The notes under the pieces are model-generated. The model was not told the DNA's origin. It searched no databases and saw nothing but the letters and a program-made list of their open reading frames with translations. Both the position numbers and the translations under genes were made by a program. 64,000 nt of DNA from Armatimonadota bacterium (GTDB taxonomy: Bacteria > Armatimonadota > Fimbriimonadia > Fimbriimonadales > GBS-DC). Shown here piece by piece: positions 1-14,744 of the stretch (the stretch's first letter is position 1; the number at the start of each line of letters is the position of its first letter). The stretch covers positions 45,689-109,688 of the forward strand of contig JBBIML010000014.1 in assembly GCA_037444405.1 (NCBI GenBank). Reading direction: 5' to 3'.

Positions 1-1
1 G

Positions 2-412
2 GAACTGGATGACCTGCTGGCACGGCGCGATAAAATCAATCAGCAGCTGCAGAGCATCATCGACGAGCAGACGGAGGCGTTCGGGGTGAAAGTCACCAGC
101 GTGGAGGTGCGCGATGTGACTCTGCCGGAGGAGATGAAGCGGGCGCTGGCGAAGCAGGCGGAGAGTGAGCGCGAGCGCCGCGCGAAAGTGATTGCCGCCG
201 AGGGTGAATATCAGGCGGCGGAGCGACTGGTGCAGGCAGCTGAACGCATCGCCCAGCAGCCCGCCGCGCTCCAGCTGCGCTACCTGCAGACACTCGTCGA
301 AATCGCCAGCGAACGCAACTCCACTGTCGTGTTCCCCATCCCCATCGAACTCATCCGCCCGCTCTTTCTCACCGATCAGCGGGGGAACACGCCGCCCTCC
401 AGCTCCGTCTAA
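2..412 (+). CDS. SPFH/band 7 (stomatin/slipin-like) protein, C-terminal part; 5' end lies outside the window
   Basis: Frame is open from the window edge: [39 protein letters not shown]...[18 protein letters not shown]...[10 protein letters not shown], the typical stomatin C-terminus. Confidence 0.93.
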   Translation, partial: ELDDLLARRDKINQQLQSIIDEQTEAFGVKVTSVEVRDVTLPEEMKRALAKQAESERERRAKVIAAEGEYQAAERLVQAAERIAQQPAALQLRYLQTLVEIASERNSTVVFPIPIELIRPLFLTDQRGNTPPSSSV

Positions 413-449
413 ATCGACGCGTCAGCGGGTTCGATTGCCCGCCTGAGTG

Positions 450-458
450 TGCTATAAT
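450..458 (+). promoter_or_regulatory. Extended -10 promoter element (TGcTATAAT) for the histidine kinase-dut unit
   Basis: Perfect TATAAT at 453-458 preceded by TG-N, ~50 nt upstream of the ATG at 509. Confidence 0.6.
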
Positions 459-508
459 AGAGTCGTGTCCGAACGAGTCAGTCCAGACCAACGACAGTGA
501 GGCGAACG

Positions 509-2233
509 ATGAACTGGGAGCAAGCCTATCGGGAGCTATTGCAGCAATATAACCAGCTCAAAACGGAGTGTGAACAGGCGCAGGCGCGATTGCGCGAACT
601 GGAGAGCCAGCTGAGGAACGGCGGGCGGGGCGCCGCGCCCGATGTGGTCGCCGCGGAGGTCGCCAGCCCCGCCAACTACGAGGCGACGCTGCGCCGACTG
701 GTGCGCCAGATCGGCGCCATCCTGCAAGCCGAGAAGGTCGTCTTTATGCTCTACGATCCAGAGGAGGGCGAGCTGCGCGCCTACCCGCCTGCCTACGGCA
801 TCAGCGACGACGAACTGCGCCTGCTGCGCGTGCGCGCCACGCAAGGCGTCTCCGGCGAAGTGTTCCGAGAAGGCAAGCCGATTATCGTGCATGACGCCAT
901 CAGCGACCCGCGCACGCTCAAAGAGAATGTTGCCCTGTTCCACATCCGCAACCTCGTATGTGTGCCCCTGATTTTAGAAAAACGCGACGAGGAGAACCGC
1001 GTCATCGACCGCCAGACGATTGGCGTGCTGCACGCCTTTAACAAGATGCGTGGTGGACACTTCATCGATGAAGATGTGCGCCTGCTGGAGCGCATGGCGC
1101 GCAACGCCGCCGCTGTCATCGCAGGCATGCGGCTCTATCAGGCGGTGCTGGAAGAAAAGGAGGAGCTGGTTCACACCATCGAGAGCCTGCGCGCAGGGCT
1201 GTTGCTGGTCAACCAGAACGGGCGCATCAACCAGATGAACGCCGCCGCCCGATTCATCTTCGGGCTGGGACCTGATGTGCTGGGCAAGCCCTATCAGGAG
1301 ATTATCCCGAACGAGACCATCCGCAGCATGATCCGCGCCGCCATTGAAGAGGAGCGGGAGGGCGAACTGATCGAGCTCACCGTGCAACTCGATGGCAAGG
1401 AGCATATCTATCAGGTGCAGAACGCCATCGTGCGCGGTGAAGACCAGAAGCCGATGGGCACGGTGATGATCTTCAACGACATCACCGATATTCGCAATCT
1501 GGAGCGGATGAAGTCGGCGTTTGTGGCGACCGTCTCCCACGAGCTGCGCACGCCGCTGACCGCCATCAAGGGCTTCATCTCCACCCTGCTGATGGACCCC
1601 GAAGACGCCTTCTCACCCGAAGAGCGGCGCGAGTTCTACACCATCATCGATCAGGAGACCGATCGCCTCACCCGTCTCATCAACGACCTGCTGAATATCG
1701 CTCGAATCGAGGCGGGCGAATCGCTCAAGCCCGTCTACAAAGAGGTCGACTTCTACAAACTGTCGCAGAAGGTGGTCACCATCCAGCGGGCGGCTACCAA
1801 CAAGCATGTAATCGTGCATGATGTGCCACCCGACCTGCCGCGCATTATTGCCGATGAAGACAAGCTCGACCAGATTCTCACCAACCTGCTCAGCAACGCC
1901 ATCAAATACTCGCCGAACGGCGGTGAGATTCGCGTCAAAGCATGGGAGGAAGACCCCGACCATATCATCTTCTATGTGTCCGATCAGGGCATGGGTATCC
2001 CGAAGGAACACCTGACGAAGGTGTTCGAAAAGTTCCACCGGGTGGACACCAGCGACACGCGCAAGCAGTATGGCACGGGTCTAGGGCTGTATCTGGTGAA
2101 GCACCTGGTGGAGGTGATTCATGGTGGGCAGATCTGGGTGGAGAGCGAGGTCGGTGTCGGCTCCACCTTCTATGTGCGCCTGCCGAAGATCCCGCCTGCT
2201 GTCAAGGAGGGCAAGGAGCAGGTTGAGAAATGA
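509..2233 (+). CDS. Soluble sensor histidine kinase (coiled coil-GAF-PAS-HisKA-HATPase)
   Basis: H-box [15 protein letters not shown]-box [15 protein letters not shown]1 [10 protein letters not shown]2 GTGLGL; GAF-like and PAS-like segments upstream; no TM helix. Alternative GTG start at 497. Confidence 0.92.
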   Translation: MNWEQAYRELLQQYNQLKTECEQAQARLRELESQLRNGGRGAAPDVVAAEVASPANYEATLRRLVRQIGAILQAEKVVFMLYDPEEGELRAYPPAYGISDDELRLLRVRATQGVSGEVFREGKPIIVHDAISDPRTLKENVALFHIRNLVCVPLILEKRDEENRVIDRQTIGVLHAFNKMRGGHFIDEDVRLLERMARNAAAVIAGMRLYQAVLEEKEELVHTIESLRAGLLLVNQNGRINQMNAAARFIFGLGPDVLGKPYQEIIPNETIRSMIRAAIEEEREGELIELTVQLDGKEHIYQVQNAIVRGEDQKPMGTVMIFNDITDIRNLERMKSAFVATVSHELRTPLTAIKGFISTLLMDPEDAFSPEERREFYTIIDQETDRLTRLINDLLNIARIEAGESLKPVYKEVDFYKLSQKVVTIQRAATNKHVIVHDVPPDLPRIIADEDKLDQILTNLLSNAIKYSPNGGEIRVKAWEEDPDHIIFYVSDQGMGIPKEHLTKVFEKFHRVDTSDTRKQYGTGLGLYLVKHLVEVIHGGQIWVESEVGVGSTFYVRLPKIPPAVKEGKEQVEK

Positions 2234-2679
2234 GCCGTGTTCGTGTCGCCATCTGGCGTTCGCCAGCGGCGCGCGACCTGCCCCTGCCGGGTTATCGCAC
2301 CTCCGGCTCGGCAGGGGTCGATCTTTATGCCGCTGTCGATGAGCCTGTGGTGCTGATGCCGGGCGAGCGGCGGCTGATCCCCACAGGGGTTCATATCGCG
2401 CTCCCGCCGGGCTACGAGGCGCAGGTGCGACCCCGCAGCGGGCTGGCGCTCCAGCACGGCATCGGCATGGTCAATAGTCCCGGCACCATCGACAGCGACT
2501 ATCGGGGCGAGATTGGCGTGATCCTCATCAACTGGGGCAGCGAGCCGTTCACCATCCGCCGGGGCGACCGCATCGCCCAGCTGGTGGTCGCGCCCGTCGC
2601 CCGAATCGAGTGGGACGAAACCGAGCAGCTACCCCCCACTGAGCGCGGCGAGGGCGGATTCGGGCACACGGGACGCTGA
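2230..2679 (+). CDS. dut: dUTP diphosphatase
   Basis: Motifs [49 protein letters not shown] overlap with the kinase stop. Confidence 0.97.
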   Translation: MSRVRVAIWRSPAARDLPLPGYRTSGSAGVDLYAAVDEPVVLMPGERRLIPTGVHIALPPGYEAQVRPRSGLALQHGIGMVNSPGTIDSDYRGEIGVILINWGSEPFTIRRGDRIAQLVVAPVARIEWDETEQLPPTERGEGGFGHTGR

Positions 2680-2681
2680 GC

Positions 2682-5600
2682 CTACCCCTCGAACGGCGCC
2701 AGCACCGCCTGCGCCAGCGGACGCAACTGCTCCACAAGATGCTCCCGACAGGTGCGGCACGCCTCCTGACGGAGTGATTCCAGCACCGCGTCGGACAGCC
2801 GCGCCGCCACCGCCTGTAGCAGGTCGGGTGGGCAGGGCTCGCCCGTGAGCGGTTCCATCAGCATCAGCCAGCGGGCAGCCTGCTCGATGTCGTTGCTCTG
2901 CAGGGCGAGCTGAGCCAGCGTCTGCAGAGAAGGCGCGATTTGATTATCCTGCTCGTAGGCGAGGCAGGCATAAAGGCGTGCGAGCTGCCACTGGTACGCC
3001 TGCTCGCACTCGCCACGCCGCTGTACCAGCTCTGCCAGATTCTGCAGCGCCTGCGGCAGGTACCAGAGCAGCCGATAGCGCAGGATGCGCTCCAGGCTCC
3101 GCTGGAACAGGGCTGCCGCCGTCTCATAATCGCCCTCGTGCAGGTAGGTGTCCGCCAGATTGTTGAGCGCGGCGGCTTCACCAATACCTTCGTGCAGCTC
3201 CTGCCAGAGGGCGCTCGCCTGCAGGCAGAGTTCGCGGGCACGCGCATATTCACCGCGCTCGCGCAACCAGACGCCCCAGTTGGTCAGCACGGTGGCAACC
3301 GTGCGCCGATCGCTCAGTTGCTGCGCCAGCTGAAGCACTGCCATCAGAAACGCCTCTGCCTGCTCATGCTGACCCTGCTGATACAGCACATTGGCGAGGT
3401 TGCTCATCGCCTGCAGGCGGATCAGGGGCGCCGATGAGTGCGATGCCTGCTCCAGAGCCTGCTGAAAGGCACAGTTAGCCGCCTCCAGATCGCCCCGAAT
3501 CCAGAGCGCAACCCCCAGATGATTCAGTGCCTCTGCCTGATCGGGCAGGCTCTGGTGGCGATCGAACAGCGCCAGCGCCCGCCTGAGAGAGCAAAGACTG
3601 CGCTCGCAATCGCCCTGCATCCAGTAATGGAACCCTGCGGCGACCCAGAACCGCCCCGCCGACAGCGTGTGGGGATGCGCATCAGCGACAGGCAGGAATC
3701 GATGGAGCATCGACTCGATCTGCGTCATATCCCTGCGCCGGATTGCCAGGCTCAGCGCCACGCGCGCCGCCTGCAGCTGATGCCCGGCATCCGTCAGGCG
3801 CTGCGGGAGCTGGCACGCCATCGAATAGAGGGCATCCCCACAGCCGCGCCGCTCCCAGAAAGAGGCGAGCGCCGTCACGAGAGGGAGCGCCTGCTCAGGC
3901 GCATGCGCCAGACCCCATTCAAGAGCAGCCTCGATGTTCGCCCGCTCCGGCTCGAGCTGCTGCTCCCACAGAGTGATCTGACCGCCGACCTGCTCACTCA
4001 GCTCACAAAAGTAGCGCAGGTGAGCCGCTCGCGTCGATTCCCACTCGTCGCTGGCGTGCAGATGCATCTCGGCGAAGAGGCGCACCGGCTCCAGCAGGTG
4101 ATACCGCTCGCCATCCCGCTGCACCAGCGAGAGGCGCGTTAACTCTTCAAGAGACGGCTCGGCGTCAGGTGGGGCTGCCACCGCCTGCGCCGCCGAGAGG
4201 GTGAACCCGCCATGAAAAACGCTGAGCCGTGCGAAAAAGGCGCGGATGGCAGGCGGCAATAACTGGTAGGTGGCAGTCAGCGAGGTATGAAGCGAATGGC
4301 TCAGCGTGCCTGTGGGTCGCCCGCGCAGCCATTCCCATGAGTGGCGCAGTTGCTGAACCAGCTCAGCAGGCGAGTGGCTCCGCAGGCGTGCGGACACCAG
4401 CTCGATCGCCAGCGGGAGACCGCCGGTCAGCCGGACCAGCATCCCCACCGATTCGGCGTTCCGCGCTGTGAGCCGAAAATCGGGCATGACTTGGCGGGCG
4501 CGCTCCAGAAAGAGGCGCACGGCGGCATACCGTAGCAGCTCCTCAACCTCGCTCGCACCCTCCGGCGGGACAGGCAACGGCTCCAGATGGAACACCTGCT
4601 CCGGTTCCAGTTCTGTAGGCGTCTGCACCGTCACAAGACAGCAGAGGGTTGGCACGGCGGACCGAAGCTGCTTCAGTTCCTGCCGTTGCGCGGGCGAAAG
4701 CTGTCCGCCGCTTGTGTCCACAACAAGGAGCGCGGGCTGGGCGGTCAGCATCGCGCTGAAGGACCGCAGGAAGGGTTCCCGACCCTGCCACTCCCAGCTG
4801 AGCCGCTGCGCAAGTTGCTCCATGACCGAGTCGCGGGCGCTGTGCAGGGCAAGCCACCAGCGCGCCTCGCCAAACAGCGGCTCCGCTTCCCAGGCGCATT
4901 CCAGCGCCAGTCGGCTCTTCCCCACGCCGGGCGCGCCGATGAGCGTGATGAGCGAACCCGCACCGCTCTGCAGGCACGCATGCAGGTGGGCGCGCTCCGT
5001 CTCCCGCCCGACGAAGGTGGTGGGCACCTGAATCAGCCACTGACGCAGGGGCGATTCCACACGCAGGGGCGCGAAGGTCTGCTCACGACCGGCGAACTCC
5101 AGCTGGTAGATTTGCTCGCTGGAGGCGCGCTCGCCGAGCCGATAGCAGCCCAGATGGCGCAGGGTGAACCGCACGGGAGCCGTCCCTTGCGGCAGCAGCA
5201 GCGCGGCGCGCTCCGTGCAGAGAATCTGACGAGGGGAACCAGCCTTCAGCAGCTGCTCCACCGTTGAGAGCGGAACCCCACCTGCCTGACCCAACCCGTA
5301 ACGCAGTTCGCCCACATCCAGCGCGAATCGGCACTCCCTCAGCTCCTGATGCAGCGTCGCCAGCGATTTCAGCACTCCCTCCAGCGAGTTGAAGAAGGCG
5401 CGAAGTCCCGCAGGCGCCACCCCCAGAATGGAACCCTGATGAGTGCGAATCACCCGACATGCCCAGCTGCGCCGATGCTTCAGCAGCGTTTCGCTCTCCA
5501 GTCCCAGCACAACCCCCAGCCCACTGGGTGTGGTGCTGGTGTAGGCTGGCGGACGGGCAGCGACAGGAGCATGAGCAGGCGGCGCGGTCGCCCCCAGCTG

Positions 5601-6101
5601 GTGGATCGCCGATTCATACAGCTGGCGCAGGCGCTCGCGCTCCGCCACCACCCACGGCTCGTCAAAATCGCAGAGGAAGTCGCCCCGATAGAGCGAGCAG
5701 GCATACTCCAGCAGGCGGCGCTGCTCCTCGGCGGAGACGCCGCTGGCGACCCGGTGGAGCGCCTCCTCAAAGCGCGCCACATCGGTCTCCACCGCGTCGG
5801 GATTCAGCCCAACCGATTGCCGACCGCTCCACAGCACCAGCCCTGCCGGCACGCCAGGCGGCTCCAGCACGCGGCGCAGCAGCGCGAGCGTCACGCGCAG
5901 ATTGTTGCGAGCGGACGGTTGAGGCAGCCCGCGCCAGAACAGACGCAGGAGCTGCGCACGGGGATGGCGCTGGGGATAGCGCAGCAGATAAGCCAGCAGC
6001 AATGCCGCTTTGCGCGTGCGCAGCCGAAGCACACGCTGACCCGCCACCTCCACCTCCAGCTCGCCAAACAGCCGCGCCTTGACCAGAGGGACAGCCGACA
6101 T
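2682..6101 (-). CDS. AfsR/SARP-like regulator: wHTH-BTAD, degenerate cyclase-like region, NB-ARC/STAND ATPase, TPR repeats
   Basis: LFGELEVEV...RTRKAALLLAYL; LYRGDFL..FDEPWVVAERERL; FVGRETE; Walker A GAPGVGKS; GGLPLAIEL; RLSVFHGGFTL; C-terminal TPRs. Start may be the GTG at 6140. Confidence 0.85.
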   Translation of the reverse strand: MSAVPLVKARLFGELEVEVAGQRVLRLRTRKAALLLAYLLRYPQRHPRAQLLRLFWRGLPQPSARNNLRVTLALLRRVLEPPGVPAGLVLWSGRQSVGLNPDAVETDVARFEEALHRVASGVSAEEQRRLLEYACSLYRGDFLCDFDEPWVVAERERLRQLYESAIHQLGATAPPAHAPVAARPPAYTSTTPSGLGVVLGLESETLLKHRRSWACRVIRTHQGSILGVAPAGLRAFFNSLEGVLKSLATLHQELRECRFALDVGELRYGLGQAGGVPLSTVEQLLKAGSPRQILCTERAALLLPQGTAPVRFTLRHLGCYRLGERASSEQIYQLEFAGREQTFAPLRVESPLRQWLIQVPTTFVGRETERAHLHACLQSGAGSLITLIGAPGVGKSRLALECAWEAEPLFGEARWWLALHSARDSVMEQLAQRLSWEWQGREPFLRSFSAMLTAQPALLVVDTSGGQLSPAQRQELKQLRSAVPTLCCLVTVQTPTELEPEQVFHLEPLPVPPEGASEVEELLRYAAVRLFLERARQVMPDFRLTARNAESVGMLVRLTGGLPLAIELVSARLRSHSPAELVQQLRHSWEWLRGRPTGTLSHSLHTSLTATYQLLPPAIRAFFARLSVFHGGFTLSAAQAVAAPPDAEPSLEELTRLSLVQRDGERYHLLEPVRLFAEMHLHASDEWESTRAAHLRYFCELSEQVGGQITLWEQQLEPERANIEAALEWGLAHAPEQALPLVTALASFWERRGCGDALYSMACQLPQRLTDAGHQLQAARVALSLAIRRRDMTQIESMLHRFLPVADAHPHTLSAGRFWVAAGFHYWMQGDCERSLCSLRRALALFDRHQSLPDQAEALNHLGVALWIRGDLEAANCAFQQALEQASHSSAPLIRLQAMSNLANVLYQQGQHEQAEAFLMAVLQLAQQLSDRRTVATVLTNWGVWLRERGEYARARELCLQASALWQELHEGIGEAAALNNLADTYLHEGDYETAAALFQRSLERILRYRLLWYLPQALQNLAELVQRRGECEQAYQWQLARLYACLAYEQDNQIAPSLQTLAQLALQSNDIEQAARWLMLMEPLTGEPCPPDLLQAVAARLSDAVLESLRQEACRTCREHLVEQLRPLAQAVLAPFEG

Positions 6102-6149
6102 CGCCCTCTGTCGATTCGCCTTTCCCGCGCTTTTTCCCACCGCAATGAT

Positions 6150-6180
6150 AAAAAATCCCCTTCCCGCAAGGGGAAGGGGA
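6150..6180 (-). terminator. Intrinsic terminator after the PEP-CTERM gene
   Basis: 10-bp stem tccccttccc/gggaagggga (6156-6180), followed by a T-run on the minus strand (A-run 6150-6155). Confidence 0.75.
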
Positions 6181-6191
6181 CTGGATAGGCT

Positions 6192-7220
6192 CTATCGACG
6201 GGCACGGCGCGGGCGGAGCAAGGCTCCCAGCCCCAGCGCCAGCACCGCCAGGCTCGACGGCTCAGGCACCACCTCAAAGCGGAACCACTTAATCTCGTAA
6301 GATTCCATCCCCGTGAAGGAGAAGTTGTGGGTTCCTGCGCTGTCGGTGACGGTGAACCCGAAATTGGCGGTGGTGGTGGTCGACGCGGAGCTGAGAACCG
6401 CGCCCGCGTTTTCAGGGAAGAGCATGCCCCCTGTGCGGCGATCGTCGTCGCTGGGGCTGCCCTGCTCGTTGACCAGATCGAATCGGGTCAACGCAAGGTA
6501 ATAGACGCCGGGCGCGTAATCCCGCACCAGTAGAGATTGCGTGGTTGCGCCGGTGCCGCCAGGCGCGTCAGCGCTTTCGTCGTCGTTGCCATAGCCCGGA
6601 ATGGCGTTGAAGTTCGCGTCGTAGACCCACAGGTCGGTGTTCAGGGTGGTTCCCCCGATGGTGGAGATGGTAATCGTGCCGGGCAGGAAGGTGCCGAGGT
6701 CCACGGGGGTAATCTCTACCCGTTCCAGTGTGGCTCGGTAAGGCTCCGTTGTGGCGGCGGTTCCCGTGACCCGATAGTAGATTTGCTCCTCACGCCCGAA
6801 GCCGTACCACTGAACGAAGCGCGGCGGGTTCGTGGAGGAAGAAGAGCGCTGAACGAACCCCTCGACTCCGTTGCCTGTGCCTACCTGACCATTCCATGGA
6901 CCGGGCGGCGCCGGGTTCTGCCCCTGCCCCCGAATCTCGCCTGTGTGCCCCACAATATCGGAGGTCAGCACCAGCCGATAGCGGTAGATAGCGGGCGCGG
7001 CAGATACCGTGCGCACCAGGAAGTAGTCCTGTTCAGAACCAGTGGAACCCATGCTGACTCCCTGGATCCAGTCGCCCGGGCTCAGGGTGAAGGCGTTCGC
7101 CTGCGCGCGCGAGTCGTTTGGCTCGCTCTCAAAGTAGCCCGTTTGAGCAAGCCCGTTCGTCATCAGACCAGCTGCAATAAGCCCGATAATCCAGAGTTTA
7201 GTTGTACGCATCGTCATCAC
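6192..7220 (-). CDS. Exported PEP-CTERM protein (PPC/DVUA0089-like Ig domains)
   Basis: Signal peptide; ESEPNDS motif; DLWVYD...NDD; C-terminus VPEPSSLAVLALGLGALLRPRRARR. Confidence 0.88.
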   Translation of the reverse strand: MMTMRTTKLWIIGLIAAGLMTNGLAQTGYFESEPNDSRAQANAFTLSPGDWIQGVSMGSTGSEQDYFLVRTVSAAPAIYRYRLVLTSDIVGHTGEIRGQGQNPAPPGPWNGQVGTGNGVEGFVQRSSSSTNPPRFVQWYGFGREEQIYYRVTGTAATTEPYRATLERVEITPVDLGTFLPGTITISTIGGTTLNTDLWVYDANFNAIPGYGNDDESADAPGGTGATTQSLLVRDYAPGVYYLALTRFDLVNEQGSPSDDDRRTGGMLFPENAGAVLSSASTTTTANFGFTVTDSAGTHNFSFTGMESYEIKWFRFEVVPEPSSLAVLALGLGALLRPRRARR

Positions 7221-7258
7221 TCTCCTCTCATGACCTCAACAGGGGCATCTCACAGGGC

Positions 7259-8512
7259 TTAGCATCCACTTCCAAAGTTAAACAGCACAATCAGCAGGTC
7301 GGCGTCGTCGACGGTGCCGTCGCAGTTGACATCCACACGCCCCAGATTGGAGCCGCTGTTGCCGAACGCGAACAGCACTGCCAGCAGGTCCGCGTCGTCC
7401 ACGCAGTTGTTGTTGTCCACATCGCCGTTATGCGCGGAGCACCGCGGTCCCGTGTCCAGCAGGAAAACTTCTGTTTTGCCAGTGGCGGCGTGGTAGCCAT
7501 TGCCCACGATGTAGCGTCCATCGGAGGAGATGGCGGACGCCCACTCCAGCCGTGAGCCGTCGGTGAGCAGGGAGGCGTAGGTAACGTTCAGGTCTTCCAT
7601 CCCCGTCTCGGTCCAGCGGAATGCTGCCCATTGGGATTGCGAACCGGGCAGGCGGTCTGACCAGCCGACGATGATGGTGCCATCATAGTTCGCATCCCAG
7701 GCTTCGCCCCATTCGCCGCCCAGCGTGCCCAGGTCCACCATGCCGGTGGATGCGGTCCAGCGGAAGGGACGCGCCGGGGTGAAGCTCGGATCGCCCCACG
7801 CGCCGACCACCACATTCCCGTCGCCTGACACGCCGAGCGCCTCGCTCTGCCCGAAAGCCGGGTTATGAATATCCACCATCCCTGCGGGCGTCCAGCGAAA
7901 GGCGTGGTGGATGCCGGTCGCGTCGCCCGACCAGCCAACAACCACATTGCCGTCGTGCGAAACGGCGCGCGCCACACTTCGGATGCCGCCCGGCAGTGTG
8001 CCCAGATTCACCATCCCATCGCTCTGCGTCCAGCGGAAGGCACGATTGAAGCCGTTGCTGAGCTGGGCAGCGCCCACAATCACCGAGCCGTCATAGTTGG
8101 CGCCCCATGCCCAGCTGGTGGCCCCGCCGAAGGTGCTAAATTGCATAAAAGTGCCGTTCTCCCAGCGGAAACCGCGATAAACGGAGCCGCTGATGAACCC
8201 GTATCCCACAATCACTCGCCCGTCCGCCGACAGCCCCCACGCTTCAGTATCCCGCCCCGATGCGAGCGAACCGATGTTTTGCATGCCCGTGTCGGGCGTC
8301 CAGCGAAAGGCGATATGCGTTTCGGTAACGCCTGCCCACCCGGCCACGACCGTGCCGTCGTCGGAGACGCCGTGCGCCTCCGCATAAGGCGTGCCGAAAG
8401 AGCCAAGCCAGGTGAGCGACTGCCCGAATGTAGCAGGCAGCAGCATCAACACCAGAATCCCGGCGACCAGCGGTCGCACCAATGTACCGAACCCGTTCAT
8501 GCTATGTCTCAT
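7259..8512 (-). CDS. Exported HAF-repeat beta-propeller protein with C-terminal dockerin-like double repeat
   Basis: Repeats A.GVS.DG.VVVG...AFRWT...GM..LGTL; tail GDVDNNNCVDDADLLAVLFAFG...DVNCDGTVDDADLLIVLFNFGSGC; SD AAGGAGG. Confidence 0.88.
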   Translation of the reverse strand: MRHSMNGFGTLVRPLVAGILVLMLLPATFGQSLTWLGSFGTPYAEAHGVSDDGTVVAGWAGVTETHIAFRWTPDTGMQNIGSLASGRDTEAWGLSADGRVIVGYGFISGSVYRGFRWENGTFMQFSTFGGATSWAWGANYDGSVIVGAAQLSNGFNRAFRWTQSDGMVNLGTLPGGIRSVARAVSHDGNVVVGWSGDATGIHHAFRWTPAGMVDIHNPAFGQSEALGVSGDGNVVVGAWGDPSFTPARPFRWTASTGMVDLGTLGGEWGEAWDANYDGTIIVGWSDRLPGSQSQWAAFRWTETGMEDLNVTYASLLTDGSRLEWASAISSDGRYIVGNGYHAATGKTEVFLLDTGPRCSAHNGDVDNNNCVDDADLLAVLFAFGNSGSNLGRVDVNCDGTVDDADLLIVLFNFGSGC

Positions 8513-8815
8513 TGTTGCTCTGTCCTCCTTATGGGTTGTCCCATCTATTATGACTCCGTGATCATCCCCCTATCGTTAACGCATCATTAACCGTAGTGGG
8601 TGGCTCCGCCTTCTTGTGGTCTGCAGGAATCGCCCTGCAGAGAGCGAACTGGCTCAGTGAGCGGTTTCGTGCGAATCGCGTTGTGAGGGAGTAGAGGGCA
8701 GGAAGGTGGGCGACCAGCGTTGAATCTGACGGCGTGCAGGGACTGACTGGGGGTGGCAGGGAGCCGCGCGGGAAACCGCGACGCCCGAACCGAGCGTATT
8801 AAGAGGTGGCACCCT

Positions 8816-11275
<2,460 letters not shown>

Positions 11276-11313
11276 GCAAACATCTCTTCCCCTCTGAGGC
11301 GAGGGTCACCCTG

Positions 11314-11342
11314 CCCCCTCTCCACGCTATTTGGAGAGGGGG
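11314..11342. repeat. Strong inverted repeat downstream of lon (terminator or REP-like hairpin)
   Basis: ccccctctcca-N7-tggagaggggg. Confidence 0.55.
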
Positions 11343-11455
11343 TACAGCGTAAAGGAGATTGTGCCACACAGACGCGACCTGCCCCAGAAAACCTGTCACA
11401 ATCACCGCGGCGCAAGCCTATACCCCAATGAGAGCAGCTTCTCGGAGATATGCCA

Positions 11456-11590
11456 ATGCGTCAGCCACTATTGTCAGAGGTCATGCAGCTAGCCCCCCTG
11501 CAGGGGGGACAGTTGCGCCCGCTCATTCACCAGATGGTGCGTCGCATCGTGCGCGACCGCGATCTGCAGGAAGACATCACTTGTGGATAA
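11456..11590 (+). pseudogene. N-terminal stub of an ECF-type sigma factor (start of region 2)
   Basis: Manual translation MRQPLLSEVMQLAPLQGGQLRPLIHQMVRRIVRDRDLQEDITCG*; GGAG SD 8 nt upstream. Confidence 0.55.
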
Positions 11591-11623
11591 CGGCAAGGTA
11601 CAATAGGGGGGAGGAACAGGGCG

Positions 11624-14377
<2,754 letters not shown>

Positions 14378-14395
14378 TTTGAGGGAGCAGGAGCG

Positions 14396-14632
14396 ATGGG
14401 CACGCAAACAAAGGCAAAATCGCGAGTGCAGTCTCGCCAGGAGGTGTTGCAGCACCTGCGAGATGCAATCCCCACCTTGCGCGAGCGCTACGGGGTGAAG
14501 CGGTTGGCTCTGTATGGCTCATTTGCAGAAGATAAGCCCCACGCTCGCAGTGATGTGGATCTGGTGGTGGAGCTGGAACACCCGTTGGGATGGGACTTTG
14601 TGGCAATGGCACAGTTTCTGAAGCAGCTATGA
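14396..14632 (+). pseudogene. MNT (minimal nucleotidyltransferase) antitoxin, C-terminally truncated
   Basis: YGVKRLALYGSFA...SDVDLVVE motif; stops at FLKQL before the expected LGxxVDLV strand. Confidence 0.78.
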
Positions 14633-14717
14633 AGAGGTATATAAGATTGTCGTTGAAAAATTAGAGCCTTTGCGAAGGGAGATAGAACGGATTATTCAAA
14701 CGGAGCAAAATCTGTAG
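14628..14717 (+). pseudogene. C-terminal remnant of a HEPN/DUF86 (HepT-like) toxin
   Basis: Manual translation YEEVYKIVVEKLEPLRREIERIIQTEQNL* resembles the DUF86 terminal helices; no start codon and no RxxxxH motif. Confidence 0.6.
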
Positions 14718-14744
14718 AGTGCCCGCGCCCGGTCAACAGCGTGA

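Noticed and set aside
8575..8592. GTTAA-N7-TTAAC inverted repeat between the HAF gene and lon
   Set aside because: Only 5-bp arms and a single instance; cannot be supported as an operator.
11582..11590. Perfect DnaA box (TGTGGATAA) upstream of acnA
   Set aside because: Single copy with no cluster, AT-rich unwinding element or dnaA nearby; compatible with chance.
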